A DNA stretch of 64,000 nt from Octopus vulgaris (Eukaryota): positions 91,884,001 to 91,948,000 of the forward strand of contig OX597816.1 of the NCBI GenBank assembly GCA_951406725.2, written 5' to 3'. Under the pieces are notes generated by a model. It searched no databases and was not told where the DNA came from. It saw nothing but the letters and a program-made list of their open reading frames with translations. Below, piece by piece: positions 25,312 to 37,499 of the stretch. Every line of letters starts with the position of its first letter. Position 1 is the first letter of the stretch. The translations under genes were made by a program, and so were the position numbers.

Positions 25312-26529
25312 TGCAGAACTGAATAATTACTTATAGATAATAAGCAAGATGTACTTAGCGCCCTGTGCTGTATCGTCATCAATTCTTATGTGTGAAATGA
25401 TTCAGAGGAGCACAATCAATGTTTGTCCGGATCCATTAACGACAGAAAAGCCAACTTATGTAAAGTTTATCACGGACTACTCGTAGACCTAAGTATTAGG
25501 CTGGTACTGTATATATATCGACCACAAGCGAATGAATGATACCTTGCAGTAGACTGGAACGAACACCGCAAGGGGCATTGTGTCCAACGTTCTAACGATT
25601 CTGCGACTTAGCTACTTCGCTTGAATAAATAATTATGTATATAGATTGCTTACCAACCACATGGTTTATAATTACTTGCCTTCTGACATCAATTTCGCTT
25701 CATTTGTTAAAATTTCATGTTTACACAACAACAGGTTTTTCTGTGATAAGTGCAGAAAATTCAGTTATGCATTTCAATAATATTCTAAAGCAGAATGTTA
25801 GCTTAGTAGACAAATTAATTGGAAAAATCAGTAAAATTCATTGTTTTACGCAAATTAGTTTTCTACGGCTTTAATTAAACTTGTATAAATTGTATTTCTT
25901 GTGGAAATGGGTTTCAAGGACTAGTAATATGCCAAGGTGAAAATGTTTTTGCGATGGTGTGTGTGTGTGTGTGTGTGTGTGGTAAACACTAAGTCTATAC
26001 CTCATGAACTCAAACTAGGGGAATACCTTACATACCCTCTATTTCTACCACCAATTTTAACTACACAAGCATCTGCAAAACCAAATCTTGCACACACATA
26101 CATATACGCACGAGCGCGCATGCACACACACAAATACACGCCCACACCAACATACACATACAGCACTCTGGAGTATAGCCTGGGGTATAACCATTCTATA
26201 TCCAAGCATTTGGTTGGAGATTTCAGCGAGACCGTCTCTCCGTCTCTCTCTCTCTTTCACCGGAAAGCAATTTGTACACTTAACAACTCTATATTTGCAA
26301 AGCTGCAAGAAGTCTCTTCATGAAAATTTGCCAAAATTAGAAGGCTTTTAATGTCGATGTGACAATTTTAATCAACAGAATTAAGTTTGAAGAATATCCA
26401 AAGTCCAGTAATCTGAATTTTGCTTAGGGCGTTTTCTCTCGAAATATCAGTTACACAAAGAATTTAGTACGGAAAGAGATGAAGCAATTTGCTTAACAAA
26501 TATACGTTCTGTTTGCATTAGTTAAATAA

Positions 26530-27677
26530 CTAGCTGAGGTACCCGGTAATAAATTACTGCGAATGAGATGTCTGTTTATAGCCATGAAACATTTTTCGCC
26601 AAATTTCAACATTTTTCGAAAATTTAAAATCTATATTAATGGATAGGACCAATTTGACGAAAAAATGAGTAGAGTCTGGTAGCGAACCTGTGTCGTTGTC
26701 ATTTTTGTGCATGTGTGAAATTTTACGCTTTGGGGCAGATTTCGTGAAATTGATGTCACGACGGCTAGTGTGCAAAATGCCTAAATTTTGCTTGAGAAAT
26801 AAAATGCTCTTACCCATTCAAAACCTGAAACGCTGGGGAATTAAAATAACGAATTGAGATAGTAAGTTTTAGCAAATCAAAATGCTAAATCGTGGCGCTC
26901 CGTCGGTTACGAAGACGAGGGTTCCAGTTGATCCGATCAACGGAACAGCCTGCTCGTGAAATTAACGTATAAGTGGCTGAGCACTCCACAGACAAGTGTA
27001 TTCTTAACGTAGTTCTCGGCGTGATTCAGCGTGACAAGACTGGCCCTTTGAAATACAAGTACAACAGAAACAGGAAGAAAGGGTGAGAGAAAGTTGTGGT
27101 GAAAGAGTACAGCAGGGTTGACCACCACCCTCTGCTTGGAGATCGTGGAGCTTTAGGTGTTTTCGCTCAATAGACACTCACAACGCTCGGTCTGGGAATC
27201 GAAACCACAATCCTATGACCGCGAGCCAGCTGCCCTAACGACTGGGTCATTGCGTCTCCAAATGCTAAATAGATTACCGTTAATAAGATGTTTGTTGATA
27301 ACCATGAAACATTTTTCGTTAAATATCGGCATTTTTCAAAAAATTAAAATCTGTATTAATGGGTAGGACCAACTTGACGGAAAAATGAGCAGAGTCTGGT
27401 AGCGAACCCGTGTCGTCGTCTTTTTTGTGCACGTGCGTAAAATGGCGAAATTTTACGCTTTGGGATAGATTTTGTCAAATTGATGTCACGGACAGATAGC
27501 GCGCAAAATGCCTAAATTTTAGTTGAGAAATAAACTGCTCTTACCCAATCAAATCCTGAAACGCTGTGGAATTAAAACAACGAATTGAACTAATATGTTT
27601 AAGCAAGTCAAAATAATTCGCATTGAAATAAAGAATTAGCAAATGCTAAATAGATTACCGTTAGTAAGCTGTCTGTT

Positions 27678-27680
<3 letters not shown>
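26530..27680 (-). mobile_element. Helitron-like element with an internal ~380-bp tandem repeat (two full units and the start of a third)
   Basis: Minus strand ends ccgggtacctcagCTAG followed by T at 26529; units start at about 26551, 27271 and 27652 (a(g/a)attac.g...tgt(c/t)tgtt.ata). Confidence 0.6.
26891..27259 (-). mobile_element. Full-length tRNA-derived SINE with 11-bp TSD
   Basis: Head ggagacgcaatgacccagtcgttaggg (A box) ... ggtttcgattccc (B box); TSD aaatgctaaat at 26880-26890 and 27260-27270; related copy at 56668-56967. Confidence 0.9.
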
Positions 27681-27714
<34 letters not shown>

Positions 27715-27721
27715 ATATGTT

Positions 27722-27940
27722 TGTGCGTGTGTTTGTCGCCCCAACATCGCTTGACAACCGATGTTGGAGTGTTTACGTCCCCGTAACATAGCGGTTCGGA
27801 AAAAATGACCGATAAAATAAGTACTAGGCTTACAAAGAATAAGTCCTGGGGTCGATTTGCTCGACTAAAATGGTGGTGCTCCAGCATGGCCGCAGTCAAA
27901 TGACTGAAACAAGTAAAAGAGTAAAAGAAAAGAGTAAAGA
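27722..27940 (+). mobile_element. SINE 3' half with CR1-like tail
   Basis: Ends ggtggtgctccagcatggccgcagtcaaatgactgaaacaagtaaaagagtaaaaga; related degenerate copies at about 30290-30370 and 48710-48770. Confidence 0.75.
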
Positions 27941-28016
27941 GTATATGTATATATATATGTGCGTATGTATGTATATATCATATATATGTATATGTATACA
28001 TATATGTATGTGTGTA

Positions 28017-28388
28017 TGGTGGCTCTTTCAGACATGCCATCGGTTGCACAGATAGCCATACTTAGTAGCTATGCCGTCGACACAAAAGTAGTACAAGTAG
28101 TCAAGGAACCTTCTGATGCTAATCTTCTACAGAAAGACCAGTATGTCTTATAAAAATGGGTTGAGGACAACAACATGCAATTTAATGCAGGCAAATGCCA
28201 ACCACTCCGCTACCAACTAATTAGTGTTCAGAAGTCACAACAACCAACCTTTGGACTAAAAGGAGCGGCAATCCTAGAATCACATACGGTGCATAATCTT
28301 GGGATCTATATGAGCAACGATGCCTTGTTTCACATGTATGTCACCAAGATGGTGGCAGTGTGCAGGAAAATGGCTGGATGGATTCTGT
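28017..28388 (+). mobile_element. CR1-group LINE RT fragment
   Basis: VALSDMPS...SSYAVDTK (YADD motif) ... WVEDNNMQFNAGKCQ ... NLGIYMSND; homologous to 54825-55170. Confidence 0.8.
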
Positions 28389-29062
28389 ATAGCTAGCAAG
28401 GGTGGCTATCTGAGTAGCTGAGGGAATGTCTGAGAGGGCCACTATGAATAGTAGTGACCCTAGGACAGTGCCCTGTGGAACACCACTTGCTATTTGTGTT
28501 TCCTTGGAGGTGGCTCCATTGGTCACCACTGCCTGACGACTAACTTTTAGAAAGTCGTGCAGCCGCTCTTCAAGTTTTCCGCCTATGCCGAGATCACGCA
28601 GTTTGTGACATATCATACCATAATCGACTTTATCAAAGGTTTTTGCAAAGTCGAGATATATCACATCCATACTTGATCATTTAGCTGCTGTTTTAACATC
28701 TAGTCGTAGTGTTACAAAAGCTGTGTTGGACAGCTTCTACCCATGCTGGGTGTCAGTCAGCATGTCATTTTCTTCAAGGAAGACGATTAGTTTTTTGCGG
28801 ACTATTCGTTCCATGACTTTGCTGATGTGTGAAGTTAGAGAGATAGACCAATAATTTTTAGTATCTACTCTGCTTCCTCCCTTATGGATAGGGCATATTA
28901 TCCGTTTCTTCAGTTTATCTGAAAGCTCTGAAAAAGAAGTTGCAGTGGTTTTGCAAGTGTTCGCTTGTACGATTTGAAAAGGACCGCTGGAAATCCACCA
29001 GGGCCAGCAGCTGAGTTTGTGTCAATCTCATCTGTGTCCAGTGTTACATCTCTTCAAAGTTG

Positions 29063-29066
<4 letters not shown>
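28388..29066 (-). mobile_element. CR1-group LINE RT fragment
   Basis: DVIYLDFAKTFDKVD...SGVPQGTVLGSLLF and ICPIHKGGS...NYWSISLTSHISKVMER. Confidence 0.9.
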
Positions 29067-29133
<67 letters not shown>

Positions 29134-29200
29134 CACATATATACACATATATGTATTTACACACGCATACACACACACACATATATACATACACACATAT

Positions 29201-29234
<34 letters not shown>

Positions 29235-29235
<1 letters not shown>

Positions 29236-29559
29236 CATCAACTTTGAAGAGATGTAACACTGGACACAGATGAGATTGACACAAACTCAGCTGCTGGCCC
29301 TGGTGGATTTCCAGCGGTCCTTTTCAAATCGTACAAGCGAACACTTGCAAAACCACTGCAGCTTATTTTTCAGAGCTTTCAGATAAACTGAAGAAACGGA
29401 TAATATGCCCTATCCATAAGGGAGGAAGCAGAGTAGATACTAAAAATTATTGGCCTATCTCTCTAACTTCACACATCAGCAAAGTCATGGAACGAATAGT
29501 CCGCAAAAAACTAATCGTCTTCCTTGAAGAAAATGACATGCTTACTGACACCCAGCATG
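29235..29559 (+). repeat. 325-bp inverted duplicate of 28742-29066 around a (TA)n/(CA)n spacer
   Basis: Base-by-base reverse-complement comparison gives 4 mismatches and no indels. Confidence 0.95.
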
Positions 29560-29644
29560 TATATATATATAAACACTCATATATATATATATATATATAT
29601 ATACGCATATATATATATTCTCTTCTGTTTATTTCCTTGTGTTC

Positions 29645-29680
29645 CTTTCTGTTGAAGAGCGTAGGATCGAAACGTAAAAG
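29645..29680 (+). ncRNA. Minimal type-I hammerhead-like motif (variant core CUGUUGA) in a Penelope-like repeat remnant
   Basis: cttt-CTGTTGA-a-gagc-gtag-gatc-GAAAC-GTA-aaag; same family as 44252 and 44723. Confidence 0.55.
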
Positions 29681-29899
29681 ACTTTCTCACCTTCCCTGCT
29701 TGTTGTTTATATACCTCTCTTCGTCTTTTGTTTTTCTGTATATTTCAACTGTCTATATAATACATACATACATACACACACACATACACACACACACACA
29801 TATATATATACACACACACACAAACATATATATATATATACTCACACTATGTGTGCGTATATGTGCCCTTGTCCATATGCAATATATTAATAGATAGTA

Positions 29900-29958
<59 letters not shown>

Positions 29959-30172
29959 CAGGGTGCAACAGAAAGGTTGTTCCGATTTCAAAGGTTAATA
30001 GAAGACAAGCGCATGAAGATACATGAAAAACTTTGTATTTCTATGAAGTTCATTAAATGCCAGGTAGTACCCGCCATGGTCTGGAGTGGAGAGCATCATT
30101 TTTTTTTATATCTTCATGCGTTTGTTTTTTTATTAACCTTTGAAATCGGGGCAACCTTTCTGCCGCACCCTG
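29959..30172. mobile_element. Tc1/mariner-type MITE
   Basis: TA flanks; about 65-bp TIRs cagggtgcaacagaaaggttg...catgaagata and tatcttcatg...caacctttctgccgcaccctg. Confidence 0.9.
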
Positions 30173-30403
30173 TATAAATATGTGTGTATGTGTATGTGTG
30201 TGTGTATGTGTGTTTGTGTGTGTGTGTATGTGTGTATGTGTGTGTTAGTGTGTGTAAGTTCGTGTCTAAGTGTCAGATTTAAAAATATGTCTGTGGTCGA
30301 TTTGTCTGATTTTCCCGACAAGGTGATGCTCGACCATGGCCGTAGTCCAATGAGTGGAACAAATAAAAAGTAACACACACACACACACACACACACATAC
30401 AGG

Positions 30404-30520
30404 TGCAGGCGTGGCTGTGTGGTAAGAAGCTTGTTTCCCAACTACATGGTTCAGGGCTCAGTCTCACTGCGTGGCACCTTCTGCAAGTGTCTTCTACTAT
30501 AGCCTCGGGTCGACCAAACA
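30404..30520 (+). mobile_element. tRNA-derived SINE 5' fragment
   Basis: gcaggcgtggctgtgtggtaagaagctt...ggctcagtctcactgcgtggcacctt: A/B-box-like head. Confidence 0.7.
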
Positions 30521-31902
30521 TTATCACTTGGCAACTTGTTTGCTTTTAGTGAAGTATACTCTTATGCATGGTAGGTATTCAGCCCAAAATTTCGGGTTCG
30601 GGGAAACCTCCCTCCAACCAATCTCAGACGCCTTGTAACGTGAAATGGGCACTGTCTTCATTCCAGACAAAAAACAATTTTCAAAATCATTTTAGCCGAC
30701 ATACTGAGACTTATTAGTGTTAATAAATGTTGTTTTATCTCTTTCACAGGCACACTTATAATTATCTATAGACGGTGTTTAATGCAATAGCAATTAATTA
30801 ATTGAATCTAGCTTAGCTACCAGCAAATCATTGAATTATACCAATTAGTCCAAGTGTTTTAACAAATTGACTGCATTTAGTGGTTATAAATAGCCATAAG
30901 CAATGTATCTCTATGTGAACGGACGAGGTGGATAAGTAGCTTCAAGATGAACCCAATTTGATTCGAAGTCAAATAAATCACTCTCCCCACATCGCCACTT
31001 TGTTTCCGCCTGCAGAAAAGTTAAGAGCAGTTTATATTACATAATTATCCATTAATGCTATTTAATGCTCTTCTTTTCTCCCTTCTCTCTCGCACACACA
31101 GAAAGTGCACTGATGTTTGCGAACACTTTAGTGCAAGCATAGGCAATAGTTTTCGAGAAGCAGGCTGCATAGACCTTGGTTCATCATCAGGAGTGCCGCA
31201 CTACTAAAAGATTTCAAGGTAATTTTTCCTTACACTCGCCATTCAGAAAGTCTCGCTGGTCGCATTTCCCTTTCACTGCTTTAGCGCGCCATAAAGACGA
31301 CCTAACGTAATATTAGGCAGCATATGCCAAATTTTAACTTCTACATCGCCCTTTTAGAAGTATCAACAGCATCAACAGCCGTTCAAGAATTTGGATCTAG
31401 AGATCTCCATTTCCAATGACTTCGAGGGCGACCTCCCAGTGGTGTCGGGCGTCAACAAAGAGCCCTCGACTACAACAAGACGACCAAAGTTTTTTTTTCT
31501 AAGGTCTGTGGTCTCCCGCCCCTAAGATCTAGACCATCACCTAATTACCCTTACCCATCTTGTTGCTTAACAACAACAACAAAAACAACAACAGCATCAA
31601 CAGAACATATTCCAATTTGACACAGAACATGACAAAGTACTTACTCGTACTTGTAGCTGTCAACAATAGCGAATCGGAGATCAGTAGCATCTTGAAAGTG
31701 GTTGAATCCTTAGTAATCAGAGTTGGGAAGGATTAGAGGTCTCTTAAAAAGATATGTGTCATCTGTGGACAAGAGAAAGAAACTATTCTTTACAGTTGAA
31801 TGTCATCCGGATGGTCGGGTTCGTTCAACAGGTCCGACGCTCAAATCAAGAGCCCCAGAGAATCCACGAGGACTACATACGTACGTCCGTATGCATGCGT
31901 GC

Positions 31903-31935
<33 letters not shown>

Positions 31936-32013
31936 TGTATGTATGTATGTATGTATGTATGTATGTATGTATGTATGTATGTATGTATGCATGCATGTAT
32001 ATATGTATGTATG

Positions 32014-34093
32014 ATGTCTTGCAAACAACTTGTACATGCAAGTGCTACCAGTTAAAAGCTCCGTATACCGGAAGCTAGCAAGTGTATGGAATCATCAGGA
32101 GAGAATGCGCGCCGTTTCGGGGCCTACCTCTCGACGGCATCAATGCGCACCGGCCCCCCTCACTGATATGAGGCCCCGCTTGCTAGATCAGCTGGTTATG
32201 AAGAACTCAATATACTTCTAGCCATCGCTCATCGTCTCTTTTTAACCAAATCCAGTCGCTAGCCTTCTCCACGGTAGATTGGATATCAGTCATGGTGGTA
32301 TTGACTTTACGATGAGTTAGGCCTAGCGATAACAACAGTCGTCTCACGCTGTGTCCAACAAACCCTCTACATCCGACTTCGATAGGAAAATGTTCCGCTT
32401 TCCAGCCTGCGTCTTCACATTCCTCGAGGAGGTTTTCATAACGGTTCAATTTTCGAGCCCGAGCGGCGTCCATATTATCTTCATGAGGAACCTTAGCTCG
32501 ACTATATTTACAACTTTCTTTCTTTCACACCACATCAAAATATCTGGTTTTTTCGAAACTGGGATGGGAAAGAAAACCTGGCACCCAGGCAAATCTGCAG
32601 TTACCTCTCAATTGCCGTTCCACTTTTCATTTTTCTCAGGAAGTTTCTTGATCTTCTTCTTGAAACGGATCCGCTGACCTAGTCGCACGAAGGTAATGAA
32701 ATCTCTTGATGGTACTTTTAACGGTTTTTCCTCAGTGTTGCTGAGATGAATTTGGTTCTTTATAACATTGAAGATAACCTTAAGGACCAAGTTGTGCCTC
32801 CATGTGTACCTGTTCAATGCCAATGAACAGTTGGAAAGAATATGTTTTAGTGTACCGACCTTTACACATTTGCAGATGTCATTCTCTAAGACGTTCCATC
32901 TTACTAGATTCGTAGGTGATGGCAAAACATCATAAGATGAACGAATCAGGAAACTCAGCCGAGATGTCGTCCACTTCCACATCTCATCCCAACTTATCTT
33001 CCTCTCAACAACATGTTCTTCCCATCTCGTCATCTGACCTTGATGAACACATCGGATCAAATGAAGCTCTCTTCTCTCTGCTTCTCTTGTTTTGACGCTG
33101 TTGTTAACAACAGATCTGCGTTCACTCGGCATCATGCTTGCAAACTGTCTGAACTGATCTGCGCCAAAACCAAGTCCTTTCCGATGGTTCTGCATTGCTC
33201 CCACCATATCTCTGTGTATAAGAAAAGACAAGATATCGTCAGTTTCTGCTTCTGCTTTCCACCTCCCAGCTGTTTTCACCTCTGGTGGGTTACGCCTGAT
33301 TTCCATATCCTTCGATTCTCTCAGCATCATGACCGTCCGTATCTTCCCCAACTTATATATTTTGACTATTGATGCTATTGGTAGCTGCAACGAACCTCTT
33401 TTACGATAAAGAGCTGAGCTGTTCAACATACGAGGTAGGCCTAGCCACTTTCTAATGAACACATTACATTTTTGTTCAATCCTTTCAACTCGTGACAATG
33501 CTACTTCGTATATTAAAAGTGGCCACGCAAGTCGCGGGTACAAGCCGAACTGCAAGCACCAAATTTTATATTTACCTGATAACTTCGAATTATCAATCGC
33601 TGATAACCCAGCCTCAGCCTGTTTCATAATTTCAATCCCACGACTTCTGTCTGACAATGTTCCAGCGTGTACTCGTCCCAAGCTCTTGACGGGCTCTTCC
33701 TTGACTGTTGGAATGCTTTCTTCAGATATTCGAAATTTAAAAATTCTTTCTGCACTCCCTTAACAAATGTCAGACTACGCGACTTTTTTGCTCTAAATCG
33801 CATCCTTGACCACTTCACAAGTTCGTCTAATCTCAAGAGGGCATTCTACATGATTTGTTTATCTGTAGCTAGAAGTGTCACGTCATCCATGAAGGCTTTC
33901 TTAGGCGATTGTACATGGGCGATTTGTTCCGAAAAATCTACACCTTTCAAAATCAACTCCATGACTAAGATAAACCACGTGACAGATATTGTACAGCCAG
34001 CAGCAATGCCAACCTCCAATCGGTGCCAATTTGTTGTAAAATTTCCAGTTGTAAACCTCATTTCGAAACTGTCATAGTACATCCTCATTATTT
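32014..34093 (-). mobile_element. 5'-truncated HERO-type non-LTR retrotransposon (RT, CCHC knuckle, restriction-like endonuclease) inside a (TACA)n array
   Basis: GIAAGCTIS, KAFMDD, KIWCLQFGLYPRLAWPLLIYEV, CKCVKVGTLKHILSNC, RYTWRHN, KKPDIL..VEL, K..RY, PIEVGCRGF; a few stops and frameshifts; stop at 32207 followed by a ~190-nt structured 3' UTR. Confidence 0.9.
32075..32186 (-). ncRNA. Non-circularly permuted hammerhead ribozyme in the HERO 3' UTR
   Basis: Order on the RNA: gccGUC-gagag ... ggcccc-GAAAcggc ... cucuc-CUGAUGA. Stems I and III are perfectly complementary and both core segments are intact. Confidence 0.75.
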
Positions 34094-34486
34094 TGTATGT
34101 ATGTATGTATGTATGTATGTATGTATGTATGTATGTATGTATGTATGTATGTATGTATGTATGTATGTATGTATGTATGTATATATGTATGTATGTACGT
34201 ACGTACGTACGTATGTATGTATGTATGTATGTATGTATGTATGTATGTATGTATGTATGCATGTATGTATGTATGAATGTATGTATGTATGCATGTATGT
34301 ATGTATGAATGTATGTATGTATGCATGCATGTATGTATGTATGTATGTATGTATGTATGTATGTATGTACACATACGTATATGTACATATATTCATATGA
34401 ACATATGTATATATATACATAATACACACATGCATATATGTATGTGCATACGTATATGTATACATATATGCATATATGTATGCATG

Positions 34487-34563
<77 letters not shown>

Positions 34564-34585
34564 TATATTAATTTAAAATGAAGAG

Positions 34586-34937
34586 AAGAAAATGGAGATT
34601 AGGAAGTTAATAATTGTTTATTATTAACAGCAAATTGGCCATCTGCACTAACAGCCGTTTCAATTAATACTCAATAAACATTAAATTTACACTTATGTGA
34701 CATGAGTACAATATCATTAGAGGAACATGATGTACATTTGGATGTTATATGTGTGCTTATGAATTCATTTTAGCAGACAGCTAAGCTGAATTCACAAACA
34801 GGCATATAACATTCAAATGTACATCTTTTTTTCATCTGATGATATTGTACTCATGTCACATAAATGTAAATTTAATGCTTATTGAGTATTTGCTGTTAAT
34901 AATAAACAATTATTAACTTCCTAATCTTCATTTTCTT
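34586..34937. repeat. Long imperfect palindrome made of two head-to-head copies of a hammerhead-bearing Penelope-like repeat
   Basis: Arms pair across a centre at about 34775; left arm (minus) has CTAATGA...GAAACggctGTT, right arm (plus) has CTGATGA at 34836 but lacks the GAAAC segment. Confidence 0.85.
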
Positions 34938-35160
34938 TTATTCTATTAGATGAATATATAATATATATTTTATATATACCTATTATTTTAAGGAAATTAA
35001 TTCCCCCAAAATAGTAGGTATTGAACCAGTATTTCCTTGGATAAAACCATCACTTCATGAGGTTTACAATCCTCTAATTAAATATATACAACAATGTATA
35101 TATATGTGACAATGATAAAGATGTTATAGCGAAAGTTCGGATAAATTTTTACTGCCCCTC

Positions 35161-35219
<59 letters not shown>

Positions 35220-35266
35220 TACATATGTATACACACACACACACACATATATACGCACACTATTCT

Positions 35267-35382
35267 TCACTCTGACGAAGCTCCATGTTTCAGATCGGAT
35301 TTATTACCAAATATGATAAATATTTTTAGCATATCAGTGACAATACCATCCAGCATTGGCAGCAGAAACAGCTGTTAGGTGG
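35267..35382 (+). ncRNA. Type-I hammerhead-like motif with palindromic stem III
   Basis: tcact-CTGACGA-agctcc...ggcagca-GAAAC-agct-GTT-aggtgg; stem I imperfect. Confidence 0.55.
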
Positions 35383-36234
35383 GATGCAGTCTATTTGTAT
35401 TGAATTAATAAATAATAATTGATGTAAGTCAATTGTTCATCAATATTTCTCCATTTTCTGTCTTCTTTTTATATATACAGCATATTTATACATATATATA
35501 TATGAATATCCATGTGTATATTCATTCATATGAATACACACACCCATACATACATACACATACACACACATATATATACACACATAAACATACTATTCTA
35601 TTAATGGAATATTGATGACCTCTGTTGTTTTCCTATACTAAATAAAACATTTCAAGAACTTCATAATTGCTAATCGAACGACATCATTTCCAATCGAGGA
35701 TACCCACCGAAGCTAATCCTAAATCTAAACTAACTTTCACAAGAACAGACGGCAATCACATTACGAAAGACTATGCTGTGATCCATGAAATTTGTTGCCT
35801 GACTATTGTGTAATAGGGGTGTGTAAAAGTTGCTTGCCACTCGAGTTTAAAAGAAAAATGGAGAATGTATTGTGGGATCGTAAAATTTATCGTACATTTT
35901 CTATAAATTTTATGGCACGTTTTATTTGAATGTCTCGAAACGTTTGAGAGAAAGAAGATCTGAGGCATAAATAAAACAGACCATTATGCATCAACACACC
36001 TACTCACTAACCGCTTCTTATCCATACCTTTTGACTAAGCACTAGACGACTGTCGTTTCTCAGCCGCTCAAACTTGCTGAACACTAATCTTTGACAGCAC
36101 CGGTGAACCCGAACAAATCGTTCAAATACCACCTCTCTCGTTCAATAAAGTAAAACTGCTTGAAGAGATTGATTTTTAAATACCAATGTTTACTTCATTC
36201 AATTCAAATATATTCATTTCGTCTAACATAAGAT

Positions 36235-36475
36235 CACATTCTGTTGTGTCTGGAGAGAGTCATTTTCTTTTTGTGCCTTATAATGTAACACACTCACCGG
36301 TAAAATTTCCACTTATTTCTTATTTTTATTTTCCTAAAATTTTCGTTGCGTCTTGTAACCTTTTCAATAGTCTTGACTCAAGTCAAGTAAATAAGTGGAA
36401 ATTTTACCGGTGAGTAAATTGTGCTATTATAAGACACAAAAAGAAAATAACTCGCCCCAGACACAACGGAATATG
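36235..36475. mobile_element. Fold-back MITE
   Basis: About 85-bp imperfect inverted arms, including perfect actcaccggtaaaatttccacttattt / aaataagtggaaattttaccggtgagt. Confidence 0.8.
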
Positions 36476-37418
36476 CTTCAACACACGAACTCATACAAAG
36501 AATCTTGCAAACCAAATCCAAAAACGAAATATAAGATCACATGGTTTTGAAATATAAGCGAAGTGAAGTAGCTGCAACCACGATTTGAAAGCGGTTCCAA
36601 AACTAACTTTACCCAGTGTTTAACTCTTTCGTTACAACGCCCATATCATAACTTGATATAACTTTTATTTAATTTTGTAGTGATTTGATAGGTTTAATGA
36701 AAGGAATTTCTTGAACTTGAGTTTTATCAGTCTTGATAATTTTGTGGTTCATGGGTGAATGTGGAGGTGTGGCTCAAAAAATTCCCAAATGTTATCTTTT
36801 GAAAGCAAACCAAGAAATTATTTAATGCTTTTGGTGGATATGTTGCAGAAGTACAAATACATTGCTATGAATACTTGTTAAATCAGGTTAAATCAGTGTT
36901 AGCAAATTAACATTAAAAAAAAGTAACAACAAAAAACCCCCTCAGTTTTTAATATAAGAAAGAAAAAAACAAAAACTTTATTGGAATCTTCAAGAAATAC
37001 AAATCAAATCCCTTTTCAAAGCTTACAATATTTTTAAATTGTAAGAACGCCAGAACTTGTCATCATGGCAACATAATGTTTTGTCAGTTGAGAATAGAAG
37101 ACATCTGGATTCGGCAAAGAAATTTGTACTTCTAAACCTGCTTTCTCTAAAATATCTCATGAGAGTTGTTTTCGCAATCCCTCCATTTTAACTCGCTGAA
37201 AATTTTCAATTTCAAATACCGCTTTATGGAACAGATGGTGCTCGTGGAAAAAATAAGTGGAACTATTGTGAAAATATGATACAGATGTAAAAATGCAGTT
37301 TTGTCAGATCTACTTATTAATTCTCAGATATGTTTAGACACGGCTGTCATATATATAGACACATCTTCGTTTTCATACACTTGTAAACACGCACACAAGC
37401 CGTCGCACACGCACATGG

Positions 37419-37499
<81 letters not shown>

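Noticed and set aside
27190-27259. tRNA-like sequence
   Set aside because: SINE head with a TSD and body, not a tRNA gene.
31120-31200. CUGAUGA...GAAA on the minus strand
   Set aside because: No convincing stem I or III and no cleavage triplet.
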